A stretch of 64,000 nucleotides of DNA from Octopus sinensis (lineage: Eukaryota): positions 35,340,001 through 35,404,000 of the forward strand of contig NC_043013.1 of the NCBI RefSeq assembly GCF_006345805.1. The letters run 5' to 3'. Numbering within the stretch: position 1 is the first letter of the stretch; each line of letters opens with the position of its first letter. A model generated the notes under the pieces. That model had not been told where the DNA came from. It did not search any database and worked only from the letters and a program-made list of their open reading frames with translations. Position numbers and translations under genes: made by a program. Below are positions 25,362-38,214 of this stretch, piece by piece.

Positions 25362-25558
25362 GTTATTAATATTATTATTATTATTGTTGTTATTAATATT
25401 ATTATTATTATTATTGTTGTTGTTGTTGTTATTAATATTATTATTATTATTATTATTATATTATTATTATTATTATTGTTGTTGTTATTAATATTATTAT
25501 TATTATTATTATTATTGTTGTTGTTGTTGTTGTTATTAATATTATTATTATTATTATT

Positions 25559-26111
25559 GAGTGAGAGAGCAGTTCATGCCATCAAAGTGACACTGGGGTA
25601 AAATATACGAAGCCCAATATACCCATCATGACTACCCGTCTGATAAAGGTACACCAGGCACATGCATCACAACCATATGTGCGCGACATGGTGATCTCAT
25701 ATCAAGATAAACAGCACATGACCTTGCAGGTGGGGCCCAGTTAGAATTTTCTTCAGGTTGAGTAGCCCATCCCGCTCAAACGGTCCCTGAATAAGGGTTG
25801 TTTAAGGATGTTGAAAGAAACACCCATGTTTCCAGAGGTGAAATATTCAAACCCCAAAGAATCCCTCTCAACACATGGCTATGATGCTCCCCCACTACTT
25901 CTGCTCGTGATCAGAGATGCACATATCGTCAGCCACTAAGGGACATGCTCAACTGGTTAAGGTCAAACAACTGACAAGCAAATCTGTGGTATTGAGCAGA
26001 ATATTTGCTGTAGCCCATCTTTTATACCAAGACAAAACAATGTACATGATAACACTTCCAATCAGTTAAGATCAGAAGCCATGAGAGCCACTGCCTGGTA
26101 CTGCATCAGGG

Positions 26112-26113
<2 letters not shown>
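25559..26113 (-). mobile_element. Young TAA-embedded retroposon (probable non-LTR 3' UTR or non-autonomous element)
   Basis: Near-identical inverted copy at 33948-34431; shared end (ctctctcactc-AATAAT), variable opposite end; (TAA)n on both sides. Confidence 0.75.
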
Positions 26114-26165
<52 letters not shown>

Positions 26166-26184
26166 TAATATTATTATTATTATT

Positions 26185-26394
26185 CCTTCATAACACAGTG
26201 TAGGTAAAAATACTCTGGAGTCATCTGTCAAGTCACAACAAGGACCTCAGACAGATAATACTTACCGTTAGATATGAGCTGTGCCCAATGAGACTGCTTT
26301 TTGCAAGACATCAATCTTGCATGGGATTTCCAGTTGCCTTAAAAAGTCTTGAAATTTCAATGAGATTGAGCCCAACATTCCGGTCACCAAAGGG
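26185..26394 (-). pseudogene. Second R4/Dong-like 3' fragment
   Basis: PLVTGMLGSISLKFQDFLRQLEIPCKIDVLQKAVSLGTAHI*R*VLSV; flanked by (TAA)n. Confidence 0.75.
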
Positions 26395-26409
26395 TTATTA
26401 TTATTATTA

Positions 26410-26820
26410 TTATTGTTATTATTATTTGGTACGCTCCATGCCGGTGGCACGTAAAAAGCACCATTCTTGTGTGATTGTCACCAGTGTCACCCTACTGGCA
26501 CTTGTGCCGGTGGCACATGGAAAACATTTGCGCGAGGTTGTTGCCAGTGCCGCTGGTTTGGCTCCTGTGCAGGTGGCACATAAAAAACACCATTTGAGTG
26601 TGGCCATTGCCAGTATCACCTGAGTGGCCCTCATGCCGGTGGCATGTAAAAGCACCCAGTATACTCTCGGGGTGGTTGGTATTAGGAATGGCATCCAGCT
26701 GTAGAAACTCTGCCAGATCAGATTGGAGCCCGATGCAGCCATCTGGTACGCCAACCCTCAGTCAAATAGTCCAACTCATGCTAGCATGGAAAGTGGACGT
26801 TAAATGATGATGATGATGAT
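26410..26820 (+). mobile_element. RTE LINE 3' UTR with repeated tgccggtggcacgtaaaaagcacc motif and (GAT)n tail
   Basis: About four copies of the internal motif, then ggcatccagctgtagaaac..ggacgttaaatgatgatgat. Confidence 0.85.
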
Positions 26821-27011
26821 AATGGCAAACTGGGTAAAATGCTTGAGGGCAAGCAACTGACAAGCAAATCTGTGATACTGAGCAGGATATTTGCTGTAAC
26901 CCATCTTTTATTTGAAGACAAAACATATTAACACTTGCAATCAGTTAAGATGAGAAACCATGAGAGCCACTGCCTGATACTGCATCAGGGCATCATTATT
27001 ATCCTTATATT

Positions 27012-27493
27012 TAAGGTGGTGAGCTGGTAGAGTCGTTAGCACACTGGAGAAAGTGATAAGCAATATTTTTCCTGTCCTGTTGCTATGTTCTGAGTTCAAA
27101 TTACATTGAGGTCAACTTTACCTTTCATCCTTTCAGGGTTGATAAATTAAGTACCAGTTGCATACTGGAGTCAATGTAATTGATTATTCCCCTCACCCAC
27201 AATTTCAGGCCTTGTGCCTATAGTAGAAAAGGTTATTATTATTATCATTATTATCATTATTATAATTACTATCTAAGTTGGTGAGCTGACAGAATCATTA
27301 GCCCATTGAGCAAAATGCTAAGCAGTATTTTGCCCATTGCTCCATTCTGAGTTCAAATTCCATCAAAGTCGACTTTGCCTTTCGTCTTTTCAGGGTCAAT
27401 AAATTAAGTACTAGTTGTGTACTGGGGTCAATCTAATCGACTGGCCCCACCTCCCCATCAAACTTCAGGTCTTGTTTCTATAGTAGAAAGGAT
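27012..27493 (+). mobile_element. Two tandem SINE family B copies
   Basis: Both begin aag.tggtgagctg and end gtagaaa.gg.ttattatt. Confidence 0.85.
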
Positions 27494-28340
27494 TATTATT
27501 ATTATTAATATTGTTGTTGTTGTTGTTGTTGTTGTTATTATTATCATTATCGTTTCTGCAACTAGAATGTTAATCATCAACATCTTAACCAGCTTTATTG
27601 AACAAATATTGCTATTAGTGTTTTCCTTTTGAACTGTTTGCCTCAGCATTCTTGGTAATTTGAGCAAATCATTTTCTTAAAAAATATTTTTTTTAAAATT
27701 TGAATTAAATAACTACACTCATAGTAACATCACCACCAAAACCACCACCACCACCACCACCACCATCACTACCATCATCATTGTCATCATCAGTGACATC
27801 AGAGTCATTCTAATTCATTTTCGCATTTCTTTTTTTTACAGCATGGGTTGAATAGGTCTGAAATTATTACATTTGCTTTCATTAATCATGTTTACACATC
27901 TCGCAGTGTTCTGAAGGTTGAACTTGGTATGTTGTGCGCATTATAATTGTCAAGATTATAAAATGAAAGACAGACTTTAGACAAGATTAGTGCAGAACAC
28001 AAAACTGGTGTGGACCCAAAGTTGCATTATTGCAGACAAAGATTATGCATGCACACACATACACACACACACACGTATACATGCATATACACATGTGTAC
28101 GAGCACATACAATTATATTTCAGGGATTCTTTGCTAAAACAATATATCTGTAAGAATATGCCTTATTCACTCAACAGTTATTGGTAAAATTCCAACTGGA
28201 ACCCCTTTCAATATTGGCTTTCTTGATATTTGTTTCAAGTGTTTTGTACATTTCATATATCTATCTGTCTGTTTGTCTGTCTATCAATCTATCTAGCTAT
28301 CTCTCTGCTTACCCATATATTTGTCTATCTAAATATATAT

Positions 28341-28695
28341 AGGTGCAGGAGTGGCTGTGTGGTAAGCAGCTTGCTTACCAACCACATGGTTCCGGGTTTA
28401 GTCTCACTGCATGGCGCCTTGGGCAAGTGTTTTCTTATATATCCTCAGGCTGATAAAAGCTTTGTGAGTGGATTTGGTAGAGAGAAAATTAAAGAAGTCC
28501 ATCGTGTATATATATGTGTGTGTGTGTGTGTGTGTTTACACCCCCCGTAAATTAATGGTTCAGCAAAAGAGACTGATAGAATAAGTACTAGTCTTACAAA
28601 GAATAAGTCCTGGGATCGATTTGCTTGACTAAGTGTGGTACCCCAGCATGGCCACAGTCAAATGACTGAAAAAAACAAATAGAATAATAAAAGAA
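28341..28695 (+). mobile_element. SINE family A
   Basis: aggtgcaggagtggctgtgtggtaagcagcttgcttaccaaccacatgg...aaatgactgaaa. Confidence 0.85.
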
Positions 28696-28714
28696 CATAT
28701 ATATATACATATAC

Positions 28715-28768
<54 letters not shown>

Positions 28769-29098
28769 CAAGAGACAGACAGACAGACATAGATATAGAT
28801 ATAGCACACTCTCATGCATACATATGTATGTATGAAAGGGTGCTGCAAAGTTCCCAGCTTTGGAAGAAAGAAAATATATGAGGCTCAATTAATTACCAGG
28901 AACACCTCTCGTATACACACTGACACATGTACATACATACATATCTTTATGTATATATGTACATAAATATATTCTTCCTAAATAATGGATCTACAAATGC
29001 AATATCCCTGCATATCTCACATCTATTTTCATTCCTCCACTTCACCCTCTATTTCGTATCTTATCTAAATTAACTATTACTTAACCATTTTCTCACAC

Positions 29099-29148
29099 TG
29101 TCTCTGATGAAGGGATATAATAAATATCCTAGAAACAGCTGTAAGACA
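29099..29148 (+). ncRNA. Minimal type I hammerhead ribozyme (Penelope-like), core intact
   Basis: TGTCT CTGATGA AGGGATAT AATAA ATATCCTA GAAA CAGCTG TA AGACA; 5-bp stem I, palindromic stem III ACAGCTGT, GUA triplet. Confidence 0.75.
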
Positions 29149-29232
29149 TTCTATTTATAAATGTTCTAAAATCTTCATAGCCTTAGTTTTTTATCTCATT
29201 CTGAAAAAGAAAATTATATATATACATATATT

Positions 29233-29267
<35 letters not shown>

Positions 29268-29277
29268 TTTTATATAT

Positions 29278-29311
<34 letters not shown>

Positions 29312-29332
29312 TTTTTTTTTATATATATATTT

Positions 29333-29367
<35 letters not shown>

Positions 29368-29671
29368 TATATATATGTATATTTATATATACACATTTGT
29401 GTATGTGTATGCATTTTCATCCTCTAGTATGGTCTTGTTTTATATGTAAGTATACACACACACATAGACATGCACACAAACACAAACTTTCACAAACATG
29501 CATGTGTGTTCCCTTCTGTTTTTAATTGATAAATATCTTCCGTAAAGAAGGGAGCTGATTTCTAACAAAGATACCAAGCTCCTTTGCTAGAATGTAGATA
29601 AGAAAGAGAAATTCATATTTTAAACTTGGGAAAAGCCTTGCACATTCTTACTGTTCCAGTTACAGATTGTG

Positions 29672-31130
29672 CAGTAATCCCTCGCCATATCACAGTTCAC
29701 CTATTGTGCCTTCACTACATCACAGTTCACTTATTACACACTCAGTACATCGCAGTTCACCTATTGTGCACTTAGTACATCACAGTTTACCTATCACAAA
29801 TTTAATACATCATGGTTCACCTACTGCACACTCAGTACATCATAGTTCACCTATCACGCCTCAGTACATCATAGTTCATCTATTGCATACTCAGTACATC
29901 ATGGTTCACCTATCACACACTCAGTACATCATAGTTCACCTATCGCGCACTCAGTACATCATGTTTCATCTATTGCATACTCAGTACATCATAGTTCACC
30001 TATCGCGCACTCAGTACATCATGATTCATCTATTGCATACTCAGTACATCATAGTTCACCTATCGCACACTCAGTACATCATGGTTCATCTATTGCATAC
30101 TCAGTACTTCATGGTTCACCTATCACACACTCAGTACATCATATTTCACCTATTGCACACTCAGTACATCATGGTTTACCTATCGCACACTCAGTACATC
30201 ATGGTTCATCTATTGCATACTCAGTACATCATGGTTCACCTATCGCGCACTCAGTATATCCTGGTTCATCTATTGCATACTCAGTACATCATAGTTCACC
30301 TATCGCGCACTCAGTACATCATGGTTCATCTATTGCATACTCAGTACATTATGGTTCACCTATCACACACTCAGTACATCATAGTTCACCTATCGCGCAC
30401 TCAGTACATCATGGTTCATCTATTGCATACTCAGTACATCATAGTTCACCTATTGCGCACTCAGTACATCATGGTTCATCTATTGCATACTCAGTACATC
30501 ATAGTTCACCTATCGCGCACTCAGTACATCATGGTTCATCTATTGCATACTCAGTACATCATAGTTCACCTATCGCGCACTCAGTACATCATGGTTCATC
30601 TATTGCATACTCAGTACATCATATTTCACCTATCGCGCACTCAGTACATCGTGGTTCATCTATTGCATACTCAGTACATCATGGTTCACCTATCGCACAC
30701 TCAGTACATCATGGTTCACCTATCGCACACTCAGTACATCATGGTTCACCTATTGCACACTCAGTACATCATAGTTCATCTATATGTATACTCAGTACAT
30801 CATGGTTCACCTATCGCACACTCAGTACATTGCGGTTCACCTACTGCACACTCAGTACATGACAGTTCACCTACTGCCATTGCGGTTCACCTACCACACA
30901 CTCAGTACATCACGGTTAACCTATCGTGCACTCAGTACATTGCTGTCCACCTATCACACTCTCAGTACATTGCAGATTTTTCTAGCTAATATATGTAAAT
31001 TTATATCATGGAATCCTGAGTATATTGTGGGTTTCTGCAGCCAATAGGTATTTATATTTTTTGAGATTTTAATCATTCTTAGATTGGGGGGCTTTGGAAC
31101 ATAACACCCACAATAAACAAGGGTTTACTG
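29672..31130. mobile_element. pogo/Tigger-type MITE swollen by a 30-bp minisatellite (~43 copies, 29685-30975)
   Basis: TIRs CAGTAATCCCT / AGGGTTTACTG; the unique 3' part aligns with 16930-17070; unit tcagtacatcatagttcacctatcgcgcac. Confidence 0.85.
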
Positions 31131-31866
31131 TATTTTGAAATATAAGAATTAACTAAAAGCCTTGCTTATCCGGAATTTCATTTGAGCATTTACTCACAAA
31201 ATGAAGTCGACCAATTATTATTGGTATAAATGTGAATTTATCATTTGGATATGGAGGCTGGAGGTTTCAAAGCAGTTGTCCATAATTATCCTCTTTGTCT
31301 TTGATTTTTGAAGAGATTGTCACATCATGTATGTATGTATGTATGTATGTATGTGTGTATGTGTGTATGTATGTATGTATGCATGTATGTAGATATGTAT
31401 GTATGCATGCATGTATGTGCATGTTTATTGACAACCGATGCTGGTGTGTTTAGGTCCTTGTAGTTTAGCAGTTCGGCAAAAGAGACCAATAAAATAAGTA
31501 CTAGGCTTACAAAGAATAAGTCCTATGGTCGATTTGTTTGACTAAAGGCGGTGCTCCAGCATGGCTGCAGTCAAAATGACTGAAACCAATAAAAGAATGA
31601 AAGAATTCCATTCTTATTTTGACCAAATTTTTAATGGATCCTTTTCATTGATAATTTGTGTGGCAGTTCTTCATATTTGATCTGCCATGTCAAAGTCAGA
31701 TGACTGTTAAGGCTGAAGATGGCTATTTCCCATTTCATTTTTCTTTATCTTGTGATTGTAGAATGAGCTTAATATTTTTACTGGACTTTGGTTAATACTT
31801 TTGTGATGTCATCTATCTAATTGACTGTCTATTTTTGTATTTGTGTGGTATGTATTTGTATATGTA

Positions 31867-31909
<43 letters not shown>

Positions 31910-33897
31910 ATATATGTATATATATATTACTACATACATATAAGAAGGATTAGTGGTAAGGCCAAAGCGGATCTACTTCTAGCATAAGGGTTGTCCACGT
32001 TGTAGTCATCCCTCTTATATGTATGTAATATAGTTTTCTGAACCTTCAGATTTTAATATGCTAGACCACTGGTTTTAACTTGATATTAATCAAATTATTA
32101 TTCAATTTTTCACCTTCATTTTAAATGTATATATATATATACATACATATACACTCATATGTATATACATATGCATTATATATATATGCACACATATATC
32201 TACTTATATAATATGCATTTATATATATACATTTATAAAAGTCGTTGTGTGTGTGTATGTATGTGTATGTGGTTGTTTCAGTGAGTGTGTATGCTTGTGT
32301 GTTTATGCGGGAATAGGTGTATGCATGTGTGTGTATGTGTGTGTGTGCGTGTGTGTGTGTATGAATGTTGTTCACTCCAGAAACAATACTGAGTAACATA
32401 CTTGAGGTCTAAATAAAATAGAGTAACATATTTGAAGAAAATAAGTAAGAAATGCCCTTTCAGACCTTAAGAATTAGTGTGTGAAAGGGGTGGGGTTGGG
32501 GAGGAGGTAATTTACTTGAGAGGACACTAATCATTTAGTTTGCTGAGAACTGCTTTGTAATATATATATGTATATATATATATGTATATATATATATGTA
32601 TATATATACGTTTATATATTTGTTGTGCAAGATTTATATATATATATATATATACACACATATATATATATATATACACACATATATATATATATATATA
32701 CAGAGAGAGGGAGAAATACATAAAGATACATATACACACACATACATACATACATACATACACACATACATACATATATACATATATATGTATGTATACA
32801 CACATACACGTGCACATATATATATATATGAATATACAACAATATATAAAAATAAATGTAAGAAATAAATAGGTAAAAATGTAAAATTATTGAAATGATA
32901 AATATACTGAGACAGAAGGCAAATAAAACCAAAAGTGAAATAGAGGAAAATTATGTCCTCTATTTGCAGAAGTTTGCGGAGAGCTAATACTTTGGTTAAG
33001 CAGTTCAGCAATCTAACTTTCATGAAATTATTATTTATTCGCCGTGATTACAGCCTCGAGATTATGTGAGCAATTATATTCCATTAAAGGAGATCACAGC
33101 CATGCAATAACTCACTTATTAAGTTGTTAACTCGTCCTCAATATGCCAGATGCCAAGTCGGTGAGGCCATATCGGCTACATGCTCGAAGTAATACAAAAG
33201 AATCGTATGTATATATATGCACATACAAACACATATGCACATACACGCATACACACACACACACACACACACCACACACTCTGAGTATATTTATATGTAC
33301 GCACACATGCCCTCGCATACATATTTACATACACGTATATACATGCATATATACACATGCTTACAGACACGCAAACATACGTGTATACAGACGTACACAT
33401 ATGAATACACACATGCATACATGCACACAGAAGCACCTTGTCCGTCCCAGACACACAGACACATATTACGTTTTGGAAAAAAAAAAATACAATCCTTGTT
33501 CACGTTTCTTTCCCTTTGATTCTCCGTTAGATACTGAATGGCTGCCATGATGATGATGGTAATGGTGATGGTGATAAGAATTATGATGATGATGATGATG
33601 ATGATGATGATAACAAAGGAGGAGGTGGTTTCATCAATGATATTCAGTGTTTTGATTATGATTAGAATAGTAATGGTGATGATAATTGTTGTGGTAATAA
33701 TGATAATAATAATAATAATAATGATAAGAGTAATAGTAGTAGTAGTAGTAGCAGCAGCAGCAGTGGTAGTTGTGGTAGTGGTGGTGGTAGTGGTGGTAGT
33801 GGTGGTGGTAGTGGTAGTAGTAGTAGTATTAATGATAACAGTGGTAGTAGCAATAATAATTATAATGATTGTAATAATAATAATAATAATAATAATA

Positions 33898-33947
<50 letters not shown>

Positions 33948-33950
<3 letters not shown>

Positions 33951-34431
33951 TTGTTTTGTCTTGGTATAAAAGATGGGCTACAGCAAATATTCTGCTCAAT
34001 ACCACAGATTTGCTTGTCAGTTGTTTGACCTTAACCAGTTGAGCATGTCCCTTAGTGGCTGACGATATGTGCATCTCTGATCACGAGCAGAAGTAGTGGG
34101 GGAGCATCATAGCCATGTGTTGAGAGGGATTCTTTGGGGTTTGAATAGTTCACCTCTGGAAACATGGGTGGTTCTTTCAACATCCTTAAGCAACCTTATG
34201 CAGGGGCCGTTTGAGCGGGATAGGCTACTCAACCTGAAGAAAATTCTGACTGGGCCCCACCTGCAAGGTCATGTGCTGTTTATCTTGATATGAGATCACC
34301 ATGTCGCGCACATATGGTTGTGATGCATGTGCCTGGTGTACCTTTATCAGACGGGTAGTCATGATGGGTATATTGGGCTTCGTATATTTTACCCCACTGT
34401 CACTTTGATGGCATGAACTGCTCTCTCACTC
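33948..34431 (+). mobile_element. Young TAA-embedded retroposon, shorter copy
   Basis: Reverse complement of 25559-26043; (AAT)n on both sides. Confidence 0.8.
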
Positions 34432-34688
34432 AATAATAATAATAATAATAATGATAATGATGATGATAATGATAACCCTTTCTACTGGAAGCATAAGGAC
34501 TCAAGTTTTGGGGAAGGGATTAAGTCGATTACATCAACCCCTGTACGCAACTGGTTCTTAATTTATCGAGTCCGAAAGGATGAAAGGCAAAGTCGATCCC
34601 AGCAGAATTTGAAATCCGAACGTAGTGACAGGTTAAATACCATTAAACATTTTGTCCAGTGTGCTAACGACTCTGCCAGCTTGCCACC

Positions 34689-34725
<37 letters not shown>

Positions 34726-35060
34726 TAATAACAGTCATAGTAGCAATAACAAAAATAAAACTATCTTTAAAAGTAGTGGTGGTGGTTGTGGTGGTAGTGA
34801 TGGTGGCAGTGGTGGTGGTGGTGGTGGTGGTGGTAGTTGTAGTGGTGGTGGTGATATTAGTAGTAGTAGTAGTAGTAATGAGGCAAGAAAGCAGAATCCT
34901 TAGCCCACCAGATAAAATGCTTAGAAGTATTTTGTCCATCTTTAAATTCTCGTTTGAAATTCTACAAAGGTCCACCTTACTTTTCGTTCCCATGGGATCG
35001 ATAAAATAAGCCCCAATTGAGCACTGGGATTAATGTTACTGACTAACCACCTCACACACA

Positions 35061-35094
<34 letters not shown>

Positions 35095-36031
35095 TGCTTA
35101 CTGCAAACGTCATGAAAACATGCAATTTTCCGTTAAAAGATCTTTGATGACAAAATTTTAGGAGAGGCAAAGGTCCCAGCTGGGCAGACCTCTTCAAATA
35201 TGTACTTCCCTTAAATCTCCACAGCATCGTTCCTCAAACTTTTTCACCATTGCATAACCCTTAAAATAAATTACACGTCTCAAAGAACCCCTGCTAAAAA
35301 AAAAGTATATACCATATCTTTCTCATATTTTTTCATTGTACCTCACATGGTAAATATCGTATATATATATATATATATAATCAATAATAATTAAGTATAA
35401 AATTAATTAATTAACTAGTAATTAATAATTCTACCAGGTAGAATTTGGCATGAAAAAGGACCATTTTTCGGTAAATTTAGACAATATTTTATAATTACGA
35501 GTATAATTATAATTAGGGTTCAGCAAAGATTTGCTTTACCACATGCCGAAGTTTAGAAAGAGCAGCCAAAGAACCTTAGCTTTTTCTTCTACTATAAGAA
35601 GAGACTCCAGGAGAAAACAAAATAGCATGCTGGGCAAAATGCTTAGCAAGAATTTTGCTTGTCTTTACATTCAGAGTTCAAATTCCACTGAAGGTAACTT
35701 TGCTTTTTATCCTTTTGGGGGTCTATAATATAAATACCAGTCGAGCACTGGCGTTGATGGGATTAACTAGACCTCTCATTCAAACATGTTGGCCTTGTGC
35801 CAAATTTTGAAATCAATACATATTGTATTCAGAACAAGGGTAATGAGTTGGCAAAATTGTTAGCATACCGAGCAAAATGTTTAGTGGTATTTCGTCAGTC
35901 CTTTTACATCATGAGTTCAAATCCTGCTGAGGTCAACATTGCTTTTAATCCTTTTGGAGTTGGTAAAATAAGTTCCATTTGAGCACTTCTCTCTCCCGCA
36001 AACTTGTTCACCTTGCGCCAAGATTTGAAAT

Positions 36032-36067
<36 letters not shown>

Positions 36068-36249
36068 CAATCAGAAAAATAAAAGTAGTAGACAAGGACA
36101 AAAAGATTTGCAACAGCAGTGGTTATGCCAACCATTGTTGGTATGCGAATGCCATGCCACCATTTGGCTGCATCCACTCTCAATACCATCATAGCATGCA
36201 AGTAAATAGAAGCTAACAGGAGGGTACAGAATATGTAAAAGGTGGGAGG

Positions 36250-36482
36250 TAGTGAGCTGGTAGGAATGTTAGCACACCAGGCGAAATGCTTAGGGGTATT
36301 TCGTCTGCCACTATGTTCTGAGTTCTTATTCTGCCAAGGTCGACTTTGCCTTTCATCCCTTCGGGGTAGATAAATTAAGTACCAGTTACGCACTGGGGTC
36401 GATGTAATCGACTTAATCCCTTTGTCTGTCCTTGTTTGTCTCCTCTATGTTTAGCCCCTTGTGGGCAATAAAGAAATAAGAA
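36250..36482 (+). mobile_element. SINE family B, near full length
   Basis: gtgagctggtaggaatgttagcacacc...ggtcgactttgcctttcatcccttcggggtagataaattaagtaccag...gtgggcaataaagaaataag. Confidence 0.9.
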
Positions 36483-36519
36483 TATGTAAGACGTCTCAGC
36501 TGATAGTCTACACTCCTTT

Positions 36520-37060
36520 GGTTGACTACTGTGTGTTGAAGTATGCAGTGTGGTTCTCAGTTAAGCAAGGTGTATGTGTCTTGAACACATTGTCAGTGAA
36601 ACACTTCTAGCTTTTTGACCATTCTTTATGCTGTCATAGGTCTGTTTGAGTAGGGATAAACTACAAGAATTAATATCTAATTTATTGGAAATGATTGCTG
36701 ACTTGGAACCAGAAAAATCCAAATTGTAACAAACATTGCTTCATAATTCAAATTATATTATAGCAATCATTCGTAGCTTTGCCAAAGAGAAATCTATGGT
36801 GGCTTCAAAGGTGACCATATTAAGTGGGTTTCACTTAGGCAAGGCTGAAAATGTAATATAATTTGAATTAGAAAGCCTTCTTTGACATATTATGAAATTA
36901 ATATTATTCTCATCTAACAGCAAATCAGTAACCTGTTCACCATGAATAATTAGGATATATATTATAAGTTCAGCACTTTTTATGCAAATGAATGGTCGGG
37001 GTTGAGACATATCATAGCCTAGGCTATGAGATGGACAGTACACACAGCTAAAGAGAGCCA
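36520..37060 (-). pseudogene. Ancient CR1/L2/Jockey-type LINE reverse transcriptase remnant
   Basis: Minus strand motifs in the expected order: SLGYD..KSAEL..SNSNYITFSALP..LQFGF..YDSIKNGQKARSV; many stops and shifts. Confidence 0.5.
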
Positions 37061-37154
37061 GTAGGGTGAAACAGTGGCTAGGTCAATGATTTCTCGATTT
37101 TCAACAGTCATCAGTTAACTATGCTCTACACACAAGAATATATATATATATATA

Positions 37155-37326
37155 AATAAATGAAAGAATGGAGTCGAACGACGATTTTAACAAAATTCCT
37201 TAACTCTCCACACATGTTTCGAAGGCTGCATATTCCTAATATTAGGAATATGCAGCCTTCGAAACATGTGTCAAGAGTAAAGGAATTTTGTTAAAATCGT
37301 CGTTCGACTCCATTCTTTCATTTATT
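37155..37326. repeat. 172-bp spacerless palindrome derived from a hammerhead-bearing terminal repeat
   Basis: Centre 37240/37241; 86-bp arms with 3 mismatches; contains GAAA CATGTG TC AAGAG. Confidence 0.9.
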
Positions 37327-37523
37327 CATAATTAAAAAAAAACACAAATTTACACACGAGAACACGGGATCCCCATCCTTGGCATATAGCTTCAACCGTG
37401 TTTCCTGACGTGAATTTGCTACCCAGGTATTGATTAACCGAATTATCCATACTAGGATAATTCATTCACCTTCTTATATATATATATATATTTTCCCTCT
37501 CCATCTGTTTTCTGTCCTCGTTC

Positions 37524-37561
37524 CTTTCTCTGTAGAAGAGCATATGCTCAAAACATCAAAG
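37524..37561 (+). ncRNA. Decayed hammerhead-like motif (Penelope-like terminal repeat)
   Basis: CTTT..CTGTAGA A GAGC ATAT GCTC AAAA CAT C AAAG; a sister copy lies at 38710-38745 (-). Confidence 0.4.
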
Positions 37562-37957
37562 ATTTCTTCCATTTCTTCCAGAGCATAAAATTAATAAACC
37601 CTGTTTGTTGTTCCTTCACTTGCCACAACCTTTTGTTTTTTGTTTTGATTTTTGTATTATTTTCAACCAAACGTGTGTGTGTGTGTGTACATATATATAT
37701 GTGTGTGTATATGAGTACATATACATGTGTGTGTAGAAGTCTCCATTCTCTTTACTATTATTAATATCAATTTTATATCCTCAAGATAAATTTTATTGTC
37801 CAGTGAAGAGTACACAGAATTATCCATTGGAAGAATTCATGGAGCATCTAAATGTAGCCACAGACATGAAATACCGATTGTTGTGGTTAACCGTTAACTG
37901 GAACATAACTGAGAGCTATTACGGTATTCACCTGGATAATATATCCCTCCAAACTCA

Positions 37958-38002
<45 letters not shown>

Positions 38003-38003
38003 C

Positions 38004-38167
38004 TTTACTACCCACAAAGAGCTAAACACAGAGGGGACAAACAAGGACAGACAAAGCGATTAAGTCGATTCCATCAGCCCCAGTGCGTAACTGGTAATTA
38101 ATTTATCAACCCCGAAAGGATGAAAGAACTAGATGGGCTACGTAATAGATAATTGTTTGTGGATTTG

Positions 38168-38214
<47 letters not shown>

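Noticed and set aside
27907-27926. 20-nt micro-exon candidate (cgcag|TGTTCTGAAGGTTGAACTTG|gtatgt)
   Set aside because: Splice-like dinucleotides alone are insufficient; frame-shifting length; no supporting context.
29667-30989. 440-aa ORF with HLLHTQYIIV repeats
   Set aside because: In-frame read of a 30-bp minisatellite inside a MITE; variation follows CpG decay rather than codon constraint; starts at TTG.
34064-34100. CTGACGA in the TAA-embedded element as a hammerhead
   Set aside because: No stem II-GAAA arrangement downstream.
36641-36726. Apparent + strand exon VCLSRDKLQELISNLLEMIADLEPEKSK
   Set aside because: Better explained as the antisense of a decayed LINE RT; weak donor.
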